The notes under the pieces are model-generated. The model searched no databases. It saw only the letters and a list, made by a program, of their open reading frames with translations, and was not told the DNA's origin. 64,000 nucleotides of DNA from Takakia lepidozioides (lineage: Eukaryota > Plantae > Bryophyta). Where the stretch lies: NCBI GenBank assembly GCA_030704615.1, contig CM060733.1, positions 18,972,001 to 19,036,000 on the forward strand, in the 5' to 3' direction. The position numbers and the translations under genes were made by a program. This document shows, piece by piece, positions 50,484 through 62,444 of the stretch; the stretch's first letter is position 1, and every line of letters begins with the position of its first letter.

Positions 50484-53400
50484 AAATTCAATTACATTAT
50501 GGAATGGCTTGGTGTCGATGGAGAGGCAAATGATTTATTCGTCTGTTGTGTCTCAGCATACATGTTCAAGCACATGCGGGCAAAATTGGGCTTCAACCAC
50601 ATCTGCTCATTGGGTGCAATAGTCGTGCACGCATTGCAGGATTTCTTTTGTGCAGTGAACAAAAACCAGATGACAACTAAACGCCTCATTGGCCCATCGA
50701 ACGAATTTCGATTGATCTCATCTTACACTGTGACCTATCAGAGGGTACATTGAACACACTGGCCAAGTCTCAAAGCAAACGAAAATCATTTGGATGGGCA
50801 ACCATCCGTCGGCCCATTGAACGAATTTCGGTTGATCTCATAGTACTCTGGGGCCTCTTCCATGGTACATTGAACATACTGGCCAAGTCTCAAAGCGAAC
50901 CAAAATCATTTCAATGGCCAACCATCCGTTGAGCCATCGAATGAGTTTCGATTGATCTGATATTAGTCTGGGACCTGTGAGAGGGTGTCTCGAACGTACT
51001 GGAAACGTTTGGAAGCAAACAAAAATGATTTGGATGGGCTACCAAAAATTCACCCATTGAATGTATTCTGTTGGACGTGCTATTACTTTGGGACCTATGA
51101 GACTGCGCTTCGCATGCTCATGTTTTTTTTTTCCATTTTGTTTTTGAATGGGGCGTGTAATGACTCCATACGCAACGTGCGTGCCAAATTTGGGAGCGAT
51201 CCAAATTCATTTGGACCCAAAACCACAGTTTCTTGCCCGTTTTGCACTCCAAACTTGATTTGTGCTATACTTCATGCACTCTTCATAGAGAGTTCTGCAA
51301 TAGTGAGCGAAGAGAACATTTTTTTTTTTGGGCATTTTTGATCGGTCCAAATTTTGGCGGGGGAGTAGCATTGGGATGCTTGATGCCGCAAAACAAAATT
51401 GAGCCAAAAACAAAATCGATACGTACCACAAACCCCCAATGAAAGGCAGTGCAAACCTATTTATTGGCTTTAAAATTAATTTAAATTCAATTACATTATG
51501 GAATGGCTTGGTGTCGATGGGGAGGCAAATGATTTATTCGTCTGTTGTGTCTCAGCACACATGTTCAAGCACATACGGGCAAAATTGGGCTTCAACCACA
51601 TCCGTTCATTGGGTGCAATAGCCGTGCACGTATTGCAGGATTTTTTTTTTCGCAATGAACAAAAACCAGATGACAATTGAACACCTCATTGGCCCATCGA
51701 ACGAATTTCAATTGATCTCATATTACACTGGGACCTATCAGAGGGTACATTGAACACACTGGCCAAGTCTCAAAGCGAACGAAAATCATTTGGATGGGCA
51801 ACCATTCGTCGGCCCATTGAACAAATTGCGGTTGATCTCATATTACTCTGGGGCCTCTTCCATGGTACATTGAACATACTGGCCAAGTCTCAAAGTGAAC
51901 CAAAATCATTTCGATGGCCAACCATCCGTTGAGCCATTGAATGAATTTCGATTGATCTGATATTAGTCCTGGACTTGTGAGAGGGTGTCTCAAACGTACT
52001 GGCAAAGTTTGGAAGCAAACAAAAATGATTTGGATAGGCAACCATCCGTTCACCCATTGAATGTATTATGTTGGATGTGCTATTACGTTAGGACCTGTTG
52101 GACTGCGTTTCGCGTGCTCATGTTTTTTTTTTTCCATTTTGTTTTTGAATGGGGCGTGTAATGACTCCATATGCAATGTGCGTGCCAAATTTGGGAGCGA
52201 TCAAAATTCATTTGGACCCAAAACCATAGTTTCTTGCCCGTTTTGTACTCCAAACTTGATTTGTGCTCTGCTTTATGCACTCTTCATAGAGAGTTCTGCA
52301 ATAGTGAGCGAAGAGAACATTTTTTTGTTTTGGGCATTTTTTATCGGTCCAAATTTTGGCGGGGGAGTAGCATTGGGATGCTTGATGCCGCAAAACAAAA
52401 TTGAGCCAAAAACAAAATCGATACGTGCCAGAAACCCCCAATGAAAGGCAGTGCAAACCTATTTATTGGCTTTAAAATTAATTTAAATTCAATTACATTA
52501 TGGACTGGCTTGGTGTCGATGGAGAGGCAAATGATTTATTCGTCTGTTGTGTCTCAGCACACATGTTCAAGCATATGCGGGCAAAATTGGGCTTCAACCA
52601 CATCCGTTCATTGGGTGCAATAGTCGAGCACGCATTGCAGGATTTTTTTTTCGCAATGAACAAAAACCAGATGACAACTAAACGCCTCATTGGCCCATCG
52701 AACGAATTTCGATTGATCTCATACTACACGGTGACCTATCAGAGGGTACATTGAACACACTGGCCAAGTCTCCAAGCGAACGAAAATCATTTGGATGGGC
52801 AACCATCCGTCGGCCCATTGAACGAATTTCGGTTGATCTCATATTACTCTGGGGCCTCTTCCATGGTACATTGAACATACTGGCCAAGTCTCAAAGCAAT
52901 CCAAAATCATTTCAATGGCCAACCATCCGTTGAGCCATCGAATGAGTTTCGATTGATCTGATATTAGTTTGGGACTTGTAAGAGGGTGTCTCGAACGTAC
53001 TGGCAAAGTTTGGAAGCAAACAAAAATGATTTGGATGGGCTACCATCCGTTCACCCATTGACTGTATTCTGTTGGACGTGCTATTACTTTGGGACTTGTT
53101 GGACTGCGTTTCGCGTGCTCATGTTTTTTTTTTCCATTTTGTTTTTGAATGGGGCGTGTAATGACTCCATATGCAATGTGCGTGCCAAATTTGGGAGCGA
53201 TCAAAATTCATTTGGACCCAAAACCATAGTTTCTTGCCCGTTTTGTACTCCAAACTTGATTTGTGCTGTGCTTCATGCACTCTTCATAGAGAGTTCTGCA
53301 ATAGTGAGCGAAGAGAACATTTGTTTTTTGGGGGCATTTTTGATCGGTCCAAATTTTGGCGGGGGAGTAGCATTGGGATGCTTGATGCCACAAAACAAAA

Positions 53401-53930
53401 TTGAGCCAAAAACAAAATCGATACGTGCCAGAAACCCCCAATGAAAGGCAGTGCAAACCTATTTATTGGCTTTAAAATTAATTTAAATTCAATTACATTA
53501 TGGAATGGCTTGGTGTCGATGGGGAGGCAATTGATTTATTCGTCTGTTGTGTCTCAGCACACATGTTCAAGCACATGCGGGCAAAATTGGGCTTCAACCA
53601 CATCCGTTCATTGGGTGCAATAGTCGTGCACGCATTGTAGGATTTCTTGTTCGCAATGAACAAAAAACAGATGACACCTCATTGGCCCATTGAATGAATT
53701 TCGATTGATCTCATATTATACTAGGACCTATCAGAGGAAACATTGAACACAGCGGCCAAGTCTCAAAGCGAACGAAAATCATTTGGATGGGCAACCATCC
53801 GTCGGCCCATTGAACGAATTTCGATTGATCTCATATTCCTCTGGGGCCTCTTCCATGGTACATTGAATATACTGGCCAGGTCTCAAAGTGAACCAAAATC
53901 ATTTGGAGACAAATGATTTATTCGTCTGTT
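50484..53930. repeat. Higher-order tandem repeat: ~1000-bp unit x ~3.4, each containing ~3.3 copies of a 120-bp subunit
   Basis: AAATTCAATTACATTATGGA at ~50484, 51483, 52485, 53485; subunit GGCCCATYGAACGAATTTCG at 50691, 50811, 50931, 51051. Confidence 0.95.
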
Positions 53931-54430
53931 CATTTATTTGTGATTAATCGTTAATGGTGAAAAGGATAAACCAAAGGTTCCTTGATGAAAAAAAATTGGA
54001 ATGATTTGAAATTTTGCCAGTATGTTCTACATGCCTCTTACATGGACCGGACAAGTATGAGATCGATAAAAAATGGTTCACAAGAGGAACCAATGGTTAC
54101 TTGATGTGCCGATTTTTGAATGCTTTCAAACTTTGTCATTGCATTGTACATGCCCTCTTAAAGATACCGGACACGTATGAGTTCGATTTTAAAATATTGC
54201 AATGGGTGAACCAATGTTATCTTCATTCATCAATTTTTTTATTATTTTGAAACTTTGCCAGTATATTGTACATGCCGTCAAACAGGCACCGAACAAGTAT
54301 GAGGTCATTCAAAAATGGTTCAAAGGATGAACCTTGTATTTCCAAAAATTACGTAGACTATACTGTGGGTTGCACATTTAAGTTTTCGCAACCTGAGACC
54401 TTTGGCCTACTCCCTACGTTTCTAGCCTTT

Positions 54431-55880
54431 CTAGTCATCTTCATCTAGATTCATTACTTCGTTGTCGTCATCTCCAGATGTTGATGAAGATGCTCCGGGT
54501 GTAGAGGACGTGCCTCCACCAGTACGGAGAGCTCGAGCCTGGGCTTGAGTGGTCAAAGAGGGACCCAGTGTTGTGTGGTCCACCCTTGCCATCATGCGTA
54601 GCGTTCTATGCGAGTGTTGACTCTCTTCCACATTTTCCAGAGCCGGATGTGTCGCTCTTGCTACGGCTTCATGCAATTTTTTAATTAAATCCGATATGTT
54701 TTGGAAGTGGCAAGAACACCCCTGGAATAGGGGCAATTTGGTCATGTCATGTGTTCTGCCAATACTTTACAACACTCGTGATGGCAGCCTTGAAATTGTC
54801 CAACACCTCCTCTTGCTGGGGGTCTCTGCGCAACTCTGGAAGAAATGGCCCTTCATCCCGACGAGGCACCCAATACATCTCATTCATATCCTCCCAACGG
54901 ATGCTAGCGGCCTCCAACTCCCTCAGAAATAGGTCTCTCCCAATCGGTTCGCGATTGTATGGGTTGTTTTCCGCTGGCACCCATGGATCCTCAGGCAGTC
55001 GGAATAATCTTTGTCTGGTACAGCTCCAATGCCCTCCCAAGTTTCAGCAAAAAAGCTCCATTTGGATTGGGTCCCGTATGCCTCTAGCATGCACAATTAT
55101 TTCCCAGTTTGATATCACCCAAAAGATCACCGGATCTTTAACCCTAGTTAACGTCTTCGCATCCAAGGCGTGCATCTCTCTTGGAGCATCCCATGTCATT
55201 TGTCTCCCCCCAATGCTACCAATTTAAAAAATCGTAAGGCGATACATCCAATAGCATGTTGTACCGGTTGTACTCGTATCCCGTGGGCATATTGTCTTGC
55301 AACCCAAACAACTCGTAGAAACGTCGATGGATTGTTGCACGACAGTCAGGGCATTGGCTGGCTCGCATGGCTGCCGATATGAGACATGCGGGATGGAATA
55401 AATGGCCACATGAACCAAGCATATAGAGTACGCTGTCTCGCAATGGCAGTTTGTCAATCCACTGGTCGCAATAAAATCAACTATGTGTACAACGGGGCCG
55501 CAAATAAATACGATACCTTGTTGTTGACGAGCGGTTGACCCCACAATGTTGTATGTACCTCCTCTGCCTTGTGGCGGAAATGCAGGTTGGCGCAGGAATG
55601 CAAGCTAGCTTGATTTTGTTTGGTTTGTGGATCATGCCTATCTCTGGGCCAAAAACGATTTATGTGACATCAGTCCACAAATTTCCTGCAGTCACCAAAC
55701 GACCACCACTGCCCCAACTTCCAAACTTCCCAACCTGGTTCCGCAAGAATGTTGGGGTCATTGTATATGTCCCAACGAAGTTCGCACCTTGCCCCTTTTG
55801 GTTTTTTTTTTGGAGGTCCAGGTTCATTATCAGCATCCCTGGGATGACCTCATCTGTCTTCCTCCTCCGCCATTTATGGC
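54431..55880 (-). pseudogene. Disrupted gene with RING-H2-like domain
   Basis: *FYC..LGSCGHLFHPACL..CPDC (55479-55330), with the first Cys position occupied by TGA; further coding-like fragments to 54431 with stops and frameshifts. Confidence 0.6.
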
Positions 55881-56302
55881 TCTGGCTTACCTCTACTCGA
55901 CAGGTGTTTGCTAAGAAAAATGTTTTCCCAACCCTCCTAAATCGTACCTAAACCTACTCCCTAATGAATCATCCCCAAGTACTAGAGGCACGTGTCACTC
56001 CCTCCACAGTTCTAAGTGATATGACGTAATGTGCAATGAAAAAATCGTGTGTGCCAGAGGAGGGCTTCCCGGGAGGTACTCAGCATCAATTTCGTAGAAA
56101 CCAACGGCCCAAAATACCCCCCACCCGACCAATAGCACCCCTCTCCACTTGGACTCAATGACAAGGAATGCAACATCCCATCGCCCACCAAGTCCTGGTG
56201 TGGAGAAAAGTGACGGAGAGAATGGCCTCCAAAGCCTTATAAGCCCCCCCTCCACACTCGGGGCGCACGCTGTCATCATGACTGCGCACGCTAGTAATAG
56301 CT

Positions 56303-57042
56303 ACGATCGCCAGCAGGGGGTGGTCGCATTTATTTATTTATTTTTCTTTATTATGTGCGACCACCAGCAGGGGGGTGGTCGCAAAACTTTTATTTATTTT
56401 TAAATGTGCGACCACCAGCAGGGGGGTGGTCGCAGAATTTTTATTTTTTTAATAGGTGTGACCACCAGCAGGGGGGTGGTCGCAGATTTTTTTTTTTTTT
56501 AATGGGTGCGACCACCAGCAGGGGGGTGGTCGCAGATTTTTTTTTTTTTTTTAATGGGTGCGACCACTAGCAGGGAGGTGGTCGCATATTTTTTCTTTTT
56601 TTTAATAGGCGCGACCACCAGCAGGGGGGTGGTCGCAACTTTTTTGTTAAAAACAAATAGGTGCGACCACCACCTGCTGGTGGTCGCATATTTTCCTTTT
56701 CTTTAATAGATGCGACCACCAGCAGGGGGTGGTCATAGGGGGTGGTTGCATAATTTTCCGATTTTTTAATATCTACCAACAGTCAGTAGCTCAGTTGGTT
56801 AAGTGCACTGAGTGCGACCCGGACGATTCTGGGGTCAAATCTTGCTACTTGATGGGTGTGGTATGATTTGTGTGTGGTGTCCCATGCCTACGCCTCTTGG
56901 CGCATGAATGAAAGAGGTTATTTTCTCCTCTCACTACTAAGGGGCCTGATTTGCGAGCTGTCGCTCTCAGGTGTTTCCCAAAAAAAATTTAGAAAAAAAA
57001 TAAAAATAAAATCTGCGACCACCAGTAGGGGGGTGGTCGCAC
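56303..57042. repeat. Hairpin-unit array 2 (~10 units, ~51-bp period), interrupted by a SINE
   Basis: TGCGACCACCAGCAGGGGGGTGGTCGCA at ~56357, 56407, 56458, 56507, 56560, 56611, 56662, 56711, 57014. Confidence 0.92.
56776..56990 (+). mobile_element. tRNA-derived SINE, family A, copy 2
   Basis: TAGCTCAGTTGGTTAAGTGCAC head; body TGAAAGAGGTTA..GGCCTGATTTGCGAGCTGTCGCTCTCAGG matches the reverse complement of 22372-22430; A-rich tail. Confidence 0.72.
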
Positions 57043-57540
57043 CATCCCCCCCCCCCCCCCCCTCTCAAATAAATTAATGGGGATTCATCCCCTTTAATAA
57101 TAAAAAAACAAAAAAAATGGCAAGGGCTCTCTCCCCTTCCCCCAAAATAATATAAATAAATAAATAAATATGACATTGCATCGGAGGAAGCGCAAGCAAT
57201 TTCAAATTTGTATCACAAGAGGCCATTATCAATTTTCAAATGGGGTCCCGGTACAAAACTAACTTTTCCACCCTCAGTGATGATAGGCCAGTGTCTTGTA
57301 AACCTAAAACAGACTCCAGCAGCAATTTGGCTCTCCAGCCCAAGGAAATGGGAGAAGATAATAATATATTGACACTCAACTTGGTGAAGCGATTTTGAAC
57401 ATGGTGTCAGCTAAACGGTAGCTAGCTACCAACTAATTATATGTATCTAAATAAGGAAAACAATAGGTAGTAAAAATCATGAACTTAATGGACACGTGTG
57501 ATTTGACAGTACTTTCTGCAAATTCAGTGGCAAGCCACTT

Positions 57541-57941
57541 ATCAAATCTTCCCCACCCCCTCTTACCCCGGATTCACTATTAAATACATTAGAATGCGAT
57601 AGTTTGGCGAGGAGCGGTGAGTAGCCTAGTAAGGCCTTGATCGCAATAGAGATGATGAGGTACTGGATTCAACTCATGATGGATGGCTCGTGAAACCTCA
57701 GGTTTGTGTAACTCCAATTAGTGTAATCCTGGGTAGTGTCATTTGGATCTAGTGTAATTCTTCCAAGTCCATTTTATACTTAGGTCAAATTTCGAGATCA
57801 AGTAGTTACACCAAGTAGAGTTACACTCCCTTCTATGTAACCCAGTTTACACTCCCCGCCATGTAACCCGGTGTAACCATGAGTGGCGTTATACTCGCTT
57901 CAGGTCCATGTCACTCAAAGAGAGGGTGGGGAAGATTTGAT
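57541..57941. repeat. Inverted-repeat-bounded block related to the 36289 foldback
   Basis: ATCAAATCTTCCCCACCC ... GGGTGGGGAAGATTTGAT; internal repeated GTGTAA/TTACAC motifs. Confidence 0.6.
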
Positions 57942-58729
57942 ATGCCAAAAACCGGCGTATCGTCCGGTCAGAGATTGCACGTGTGCATTAAGTTCTTACA
58001 TTATTCCTTGTGTACTCCTTCAAATAATGTAGAAACCGAATACATCCAAGCAGGGTTAAGGATGTTTTTCTTTAATTCTGAATGAGGCATGAGTGGGCAC
58101 CTTGCGAGGGAAAGGTTCAGTTCGTGTGGCTATAATAATGTATCTGTTTCTTGAAAAACGTGGCTACATATCCTGGATGTCGTGGGCTGGATTGTGCGAC
58201 ACCTCCATTTGTCTGTAAACACAAGCTAGCGAATGGAAATCCACATCTACTAACTCATGTAAGCTAATATTGAACACTAGATTTAGCGAGAGAGAACATA
58301 ACAAAGTGCATTATTGGCATATCAGCACTATTGATCATACACTATACCCATCGACACATAAATGACAACCTCGGTCATAAAGACTTTGCCCATTGCAACA
58401 TAGGGTATACTTGCAAAACCACACCTTAATATGCATCAGAAGACAACTTGGAAACAAAGATTATGTAATACACTCTAATAAAGCAGAGGAGTACATTGTG
58501 CCAGTAAAGTATCTATAAAAATTAATAAACATTGTGTGGCATCATAGCCAATGCACGTATATCCCTACAATCAACACATACTCGCAACAACATAGACTGA
58601 GGGCTCCCTATGCAACAACCTTCACTCAAAGGGCTCCCCACACCTCCTGCAATCAACACATATACCATAGTAAATAGACATATTAATGGTTGCCCCCATG
58701 TGAGTCTTCTCTTCAGTATGCTAATCACT

Positions 58730-60050
58730 GATTGCTTCATAATATGGGAAAGTGCTTTGGGTGAAGAACTAGTCTTGAGCATACATGCACGCAGTGGTGT
58801 CCAAGTTCCCAGCAAGCCCGATTACATAGCTTATTCTTGATGAAGGCTAATGTAGAAAATGTGCGTTCATCCTCCACACTTTCCAATACCATGACAAGTG
58901 CCATCTCACGAGTCAATCTCATGTAGTGGGACAACCTGACAACAAATAAACCAGACAATGACAACTGTTGCTACAACTTTGTGAGTGGGTTCTGATCACA
59001 TGGCTCACTCACATGACCTTTTGAGCTTATGTCTTCATAGTCAGTTTGGACAATGACATCTGCAAGTCTTGCAAATTCCCATTCAATGGCCGCTCTGAGA
59101 TCCAGTGATCATTTGACGATGTCTTCTTAGTAAGTCCGCTTCAATACTGCAATGTGTCTTGGGAAACTATGGGCTTGACAATCTGGCTACAGCCAATACT
59201 GTGGATACACCATACCAAGGGCATTCATGATCTCACAATCGGGGAACCTCCTCTCAAGCTCTGCAACCAAGAGATTAGCTACAAACAGTGGATTAAGCTT
59301 TCACACTCCGAACAATGGCACCAAAATCATCGAGTCTACTCCCCGTCTGAGCCTAACCGGTCATTGGAGACAACATATGCGTCATGTAAGACTGCCCTAT
59401 AATCTTGTATGACAAAGTTTCACGAACAATACATTCAAATCAAGCACCCAATCTTATGTAATGCGACAACTTGTGTTTTCTACCACATATGAAAATCCAG
59501 GGAATTGTTTAGGTTTGAATGTTGTGTTTGGATCAGAATGCATCTTATATAGATTAGCCTGACAAGTCTCACCGCAACCACCTAATTACATACAAAAAAC
59601 CTCACTGGCTTGTGTGAACTTGTTCAATGAGTTGACTGACTCCAACAATGGCATTACACATATATGCAAGAAAACTCAAGATGGTTTCAACATCACATAG
59701 CGTAGCCAAGTTTCCTTAGTTGCAATCACTGAGGCACTATTAGGAGACATATGTTGACAATGAGGGTCTTGTACTTTGCTGCCACTCTTTTCAAAGGCTC
59801 CAACATGCTGATCCACCGGGTCTTAACATTATGCAAGATCTTCAGCCCTTCTGTGTTCACGACCTCCACAAATTTAGTAAATTTCATATGACATTTAGGG
59901 GAGTGGGCAAAATACCCATACAAGGCCTACAAGAGACCCTTCAGTTTAGATACCATGGCCAGATCTGACAGCGCTTGACTAACCAAGTTGGTGGTGTGCC
60001 ATGTAATGAATGATTATGTAAGGAGCATGTTGATCTTCATGACTTGCAGA
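58730..60050 (-). pseudogene. Highly decayed second hAT-family (ZNF862-like) transposase
   Basis: YGYFAHSPK..LKILHNVKTRWISMLEPLKRV and ALVMVLESVEDERTFSTLAFIKNKLCNR. Confidence 0.7.
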
Positions 60051-60178
60051 GATTGGCCAAGGGCCTCACAAAACCCATTGTAATTGCAGGCTCCATTTGT
60101 GGACCCGGTGCCACATGCCCTTGAGAGACCTCTGGTCATTGTCGAGGGAGCCGGAGAGAGACGTAGAGAGAGAGAGAG

Positions 60179-60945
60179 ATGGAGGAGGTTGAGGCTGTTG
60201 TGGGGAGAGGGAAAACAAAGATAATGGAAAAGCCCCTTAGCAAGAAGAAGAAGAAGCCTTGCATTGAGGATACCCTCTCACAGTCCGAGAGTTGGGGGGT
60301 GGTAGTGGGAAGGGAGATATTGGAGAGGGTTCAATAGAAGGAGAGCCTTGTAAGCGCAGGAAGAGAGGGAAGAAGGGAGGGCTGGAGGTGCCTAAGAAGG
60401 TCCCACCTCTAGAGGCCAACAAATATGGGTATCCAGTTGGAGAGTTTTGGGAAGCGTTGAGGAGGCATGCCTTTCCAAAAGCGGCCCGATGGTTCTCTTT
60501 GCATGCAACAACCATGGGAGCACCGTAGGGGATTTGTAGCTGAATTGGAGAAGAAGTTTGGGGGTGCTTGGAGTGAGTCCCGCTTGATGGGGTTGATCGG
60601 AAAGAACCTCAAGGATAGGCGATATCGTGCAAGGAAGGAGATCCGGCAAGTAGCGAAGAACGGTGTCAAAGCCATTAGGCCATCAAATATCAGTGAGGTA
60701 TGAACTCCACACCTTCCTTCCTATTTCATTCATTGTATTTTGGACATGTGCAAGATGTTAATGATGCATGCATGCTTCAATTTGAAGAAGTAAAGCTAAT
60801 GTAATGGTTGGTTGTCTAGGAGTCATGGGACATTCTCATTGCCGAGGAGGCTGATGCCAAGAAGAAGGCTCAATTTGCTAGGGGTCGTGAGGCAGCCACG
60901 TTACGCAAAGAGTCTGGCCCTCATCCTCGACATCGGTCACCCTAT
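60179..60945 (+). pseudogene. CACTA/En-Spm TnpA-like remnant with an intron at 60698-60819
   Basis: IGKNLKDRRYRARKE..RPSNISE|ESWDILIAEEADAKKKAQFARGR resembles plant En/Spm accessory ORFs; frameshifted. Confidence 0.4.
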
Positions 60946-61884
60946 GGTCAGTAATGCTACTAGTAATACTTTGCTTTTTTGTACTCTTCGCGGAGAGGGC
61001 CCTATGGGTCTTGATGCGCTCAAGAAGCGCGGGGTATCCTTCATTTTTGACAAATTCTACCTCCTCCACGCTTGGGTGTCTCCCAAACCTATGATGCTAT
61101 ACAATCACAAACAACATTAATTGGTTTATGCAAGATATACCAAAGAGAGAGCCATATGTAGACAAAGCAACACATTAAAGTGAATGCATCCATGAAATGC
61201 TTACAAATCGGGTCGCAAATGACTTGTGCCCTCCCGGACCAAACTTGTGGGCGCAGGTATCTAGCCCTTTCTCTTTGAGGATGAGGATGAGGGCGAGAGT
61301 GATCAGGGTGATGATGATGGTTCGCAGGATGATATGTTGACCCTCGAGGACCTCGAAGTCCATGAGGGTATCTAGTACTATAGAAGATGCATATTATATA
61401 ATGCTTGTACATGATAGAAGCCTTGTTATGTTTTATTGATTATTTCTAGCAGCAGTTGCTTGTCGTCTAATTTGTGATGTCTCTCGCGGGCTTGCTTTGC
61501 TGTGGACATATAGGTTACACCTACAAAGAGGCTCTAGGAAGGTTCTCGGCCCCAAGAAAGGTACTACAATTTACAAGGCAACCGGCCAATGTGCGGGGAT
61601 AATATAAAGCAAATAAATAAAACAAGATGAAAACATCATTTGAGGGGCGACCCCCAGGGTTGCACACGTCAGTGACGTCACGTCACGTCGGACCTGACGC
61701 TGACGCGACCAACGTCACGTCAGTTTTGCCGAAAATTCAGTAAAACATGGGTTAGGTGAAAAATATGCCACATAGGTGGACACGTTGTATTCCAAGTGAC
61801 ACCTTGGCAAGTGAATGAATTGTTTTATAAATTACTCTATCCGCCAATATTTGAGGTCATTTTTAAATCATTATTGTTAAATTG

Positions 61885-62221
61885 GTGCGACCTCCAAATG
61901 GTGGTGGTCGCAGAATTTATCTTATTTTTTAATAATTGCGACCACCAGCAGAGGGGTTGTGGCAGCATTTTTTGTTTTTTAAAAATAGATGCGACCACCA
62001 GCAGGGGTGGTCGCATTTTTTTCTTTTCTTAAACAGTTGCGACCACCGTTACTGGTGGTCGCACAATTTTTATTTTATTTGTAATAGGTGCGACCACCAT
62101 AGGGGGGTGGTCCCAACATTTTTCTATTTTTTAATATCTGCGACCACCAGCATGGGGGTGGTCACAGTATTTTTTTGTTTTTTTAATAAGTGCGACCACC
62201 AGCAGGGGGTGGGTGCAGCAA

Positions 62222-62255
<34 letters not shown>

Positions 62256-62442
62256 TTAATAATATCTGCAACCACCAACATGGGGGTGGTCGCAACATTT
62301 TTCTGTTTTTTTAATAGGTGCGACCACCAGCAGGGGGGTGGTCGCAGCAATTTTTTGTTTTTTAATATCTGCGACCACCAGCATGAGGATGGTCGCAACA
62401 GTTTTTTTTATAAAAATAGCATGCGACTTCCTCGTGCGACCT
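61885..62442. repeat. Hairpin-unit array 3 (~10 units, ~51-bp period; one linker expanded by an (ATT)n tract)
   Basis: TGCGACCACCAGCA..GGTGGTCGCA units at ~61885, 61937, 61990, 62038, 62088, 62139, 62191, 62267, 62319, 62370. Confidence 0.92.
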
Positions 62443-62444
62443 CA

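Noticed and set aside
50484-53930. Repeated short ORFs (e.g. MEWLGVDGEANDLF...) as a peptide gene family
   Set aside because: They recur only because the DNA repeats; frames break at homopolymer indels between units; no known motif
56303-57042. CRISPR array (palindromic ~28-bp repeats with spacers)
   Set aside because: Spacers are mutually similar poly-T tracts, repeats vary, there are no cas genes, and the context is eukaryotic
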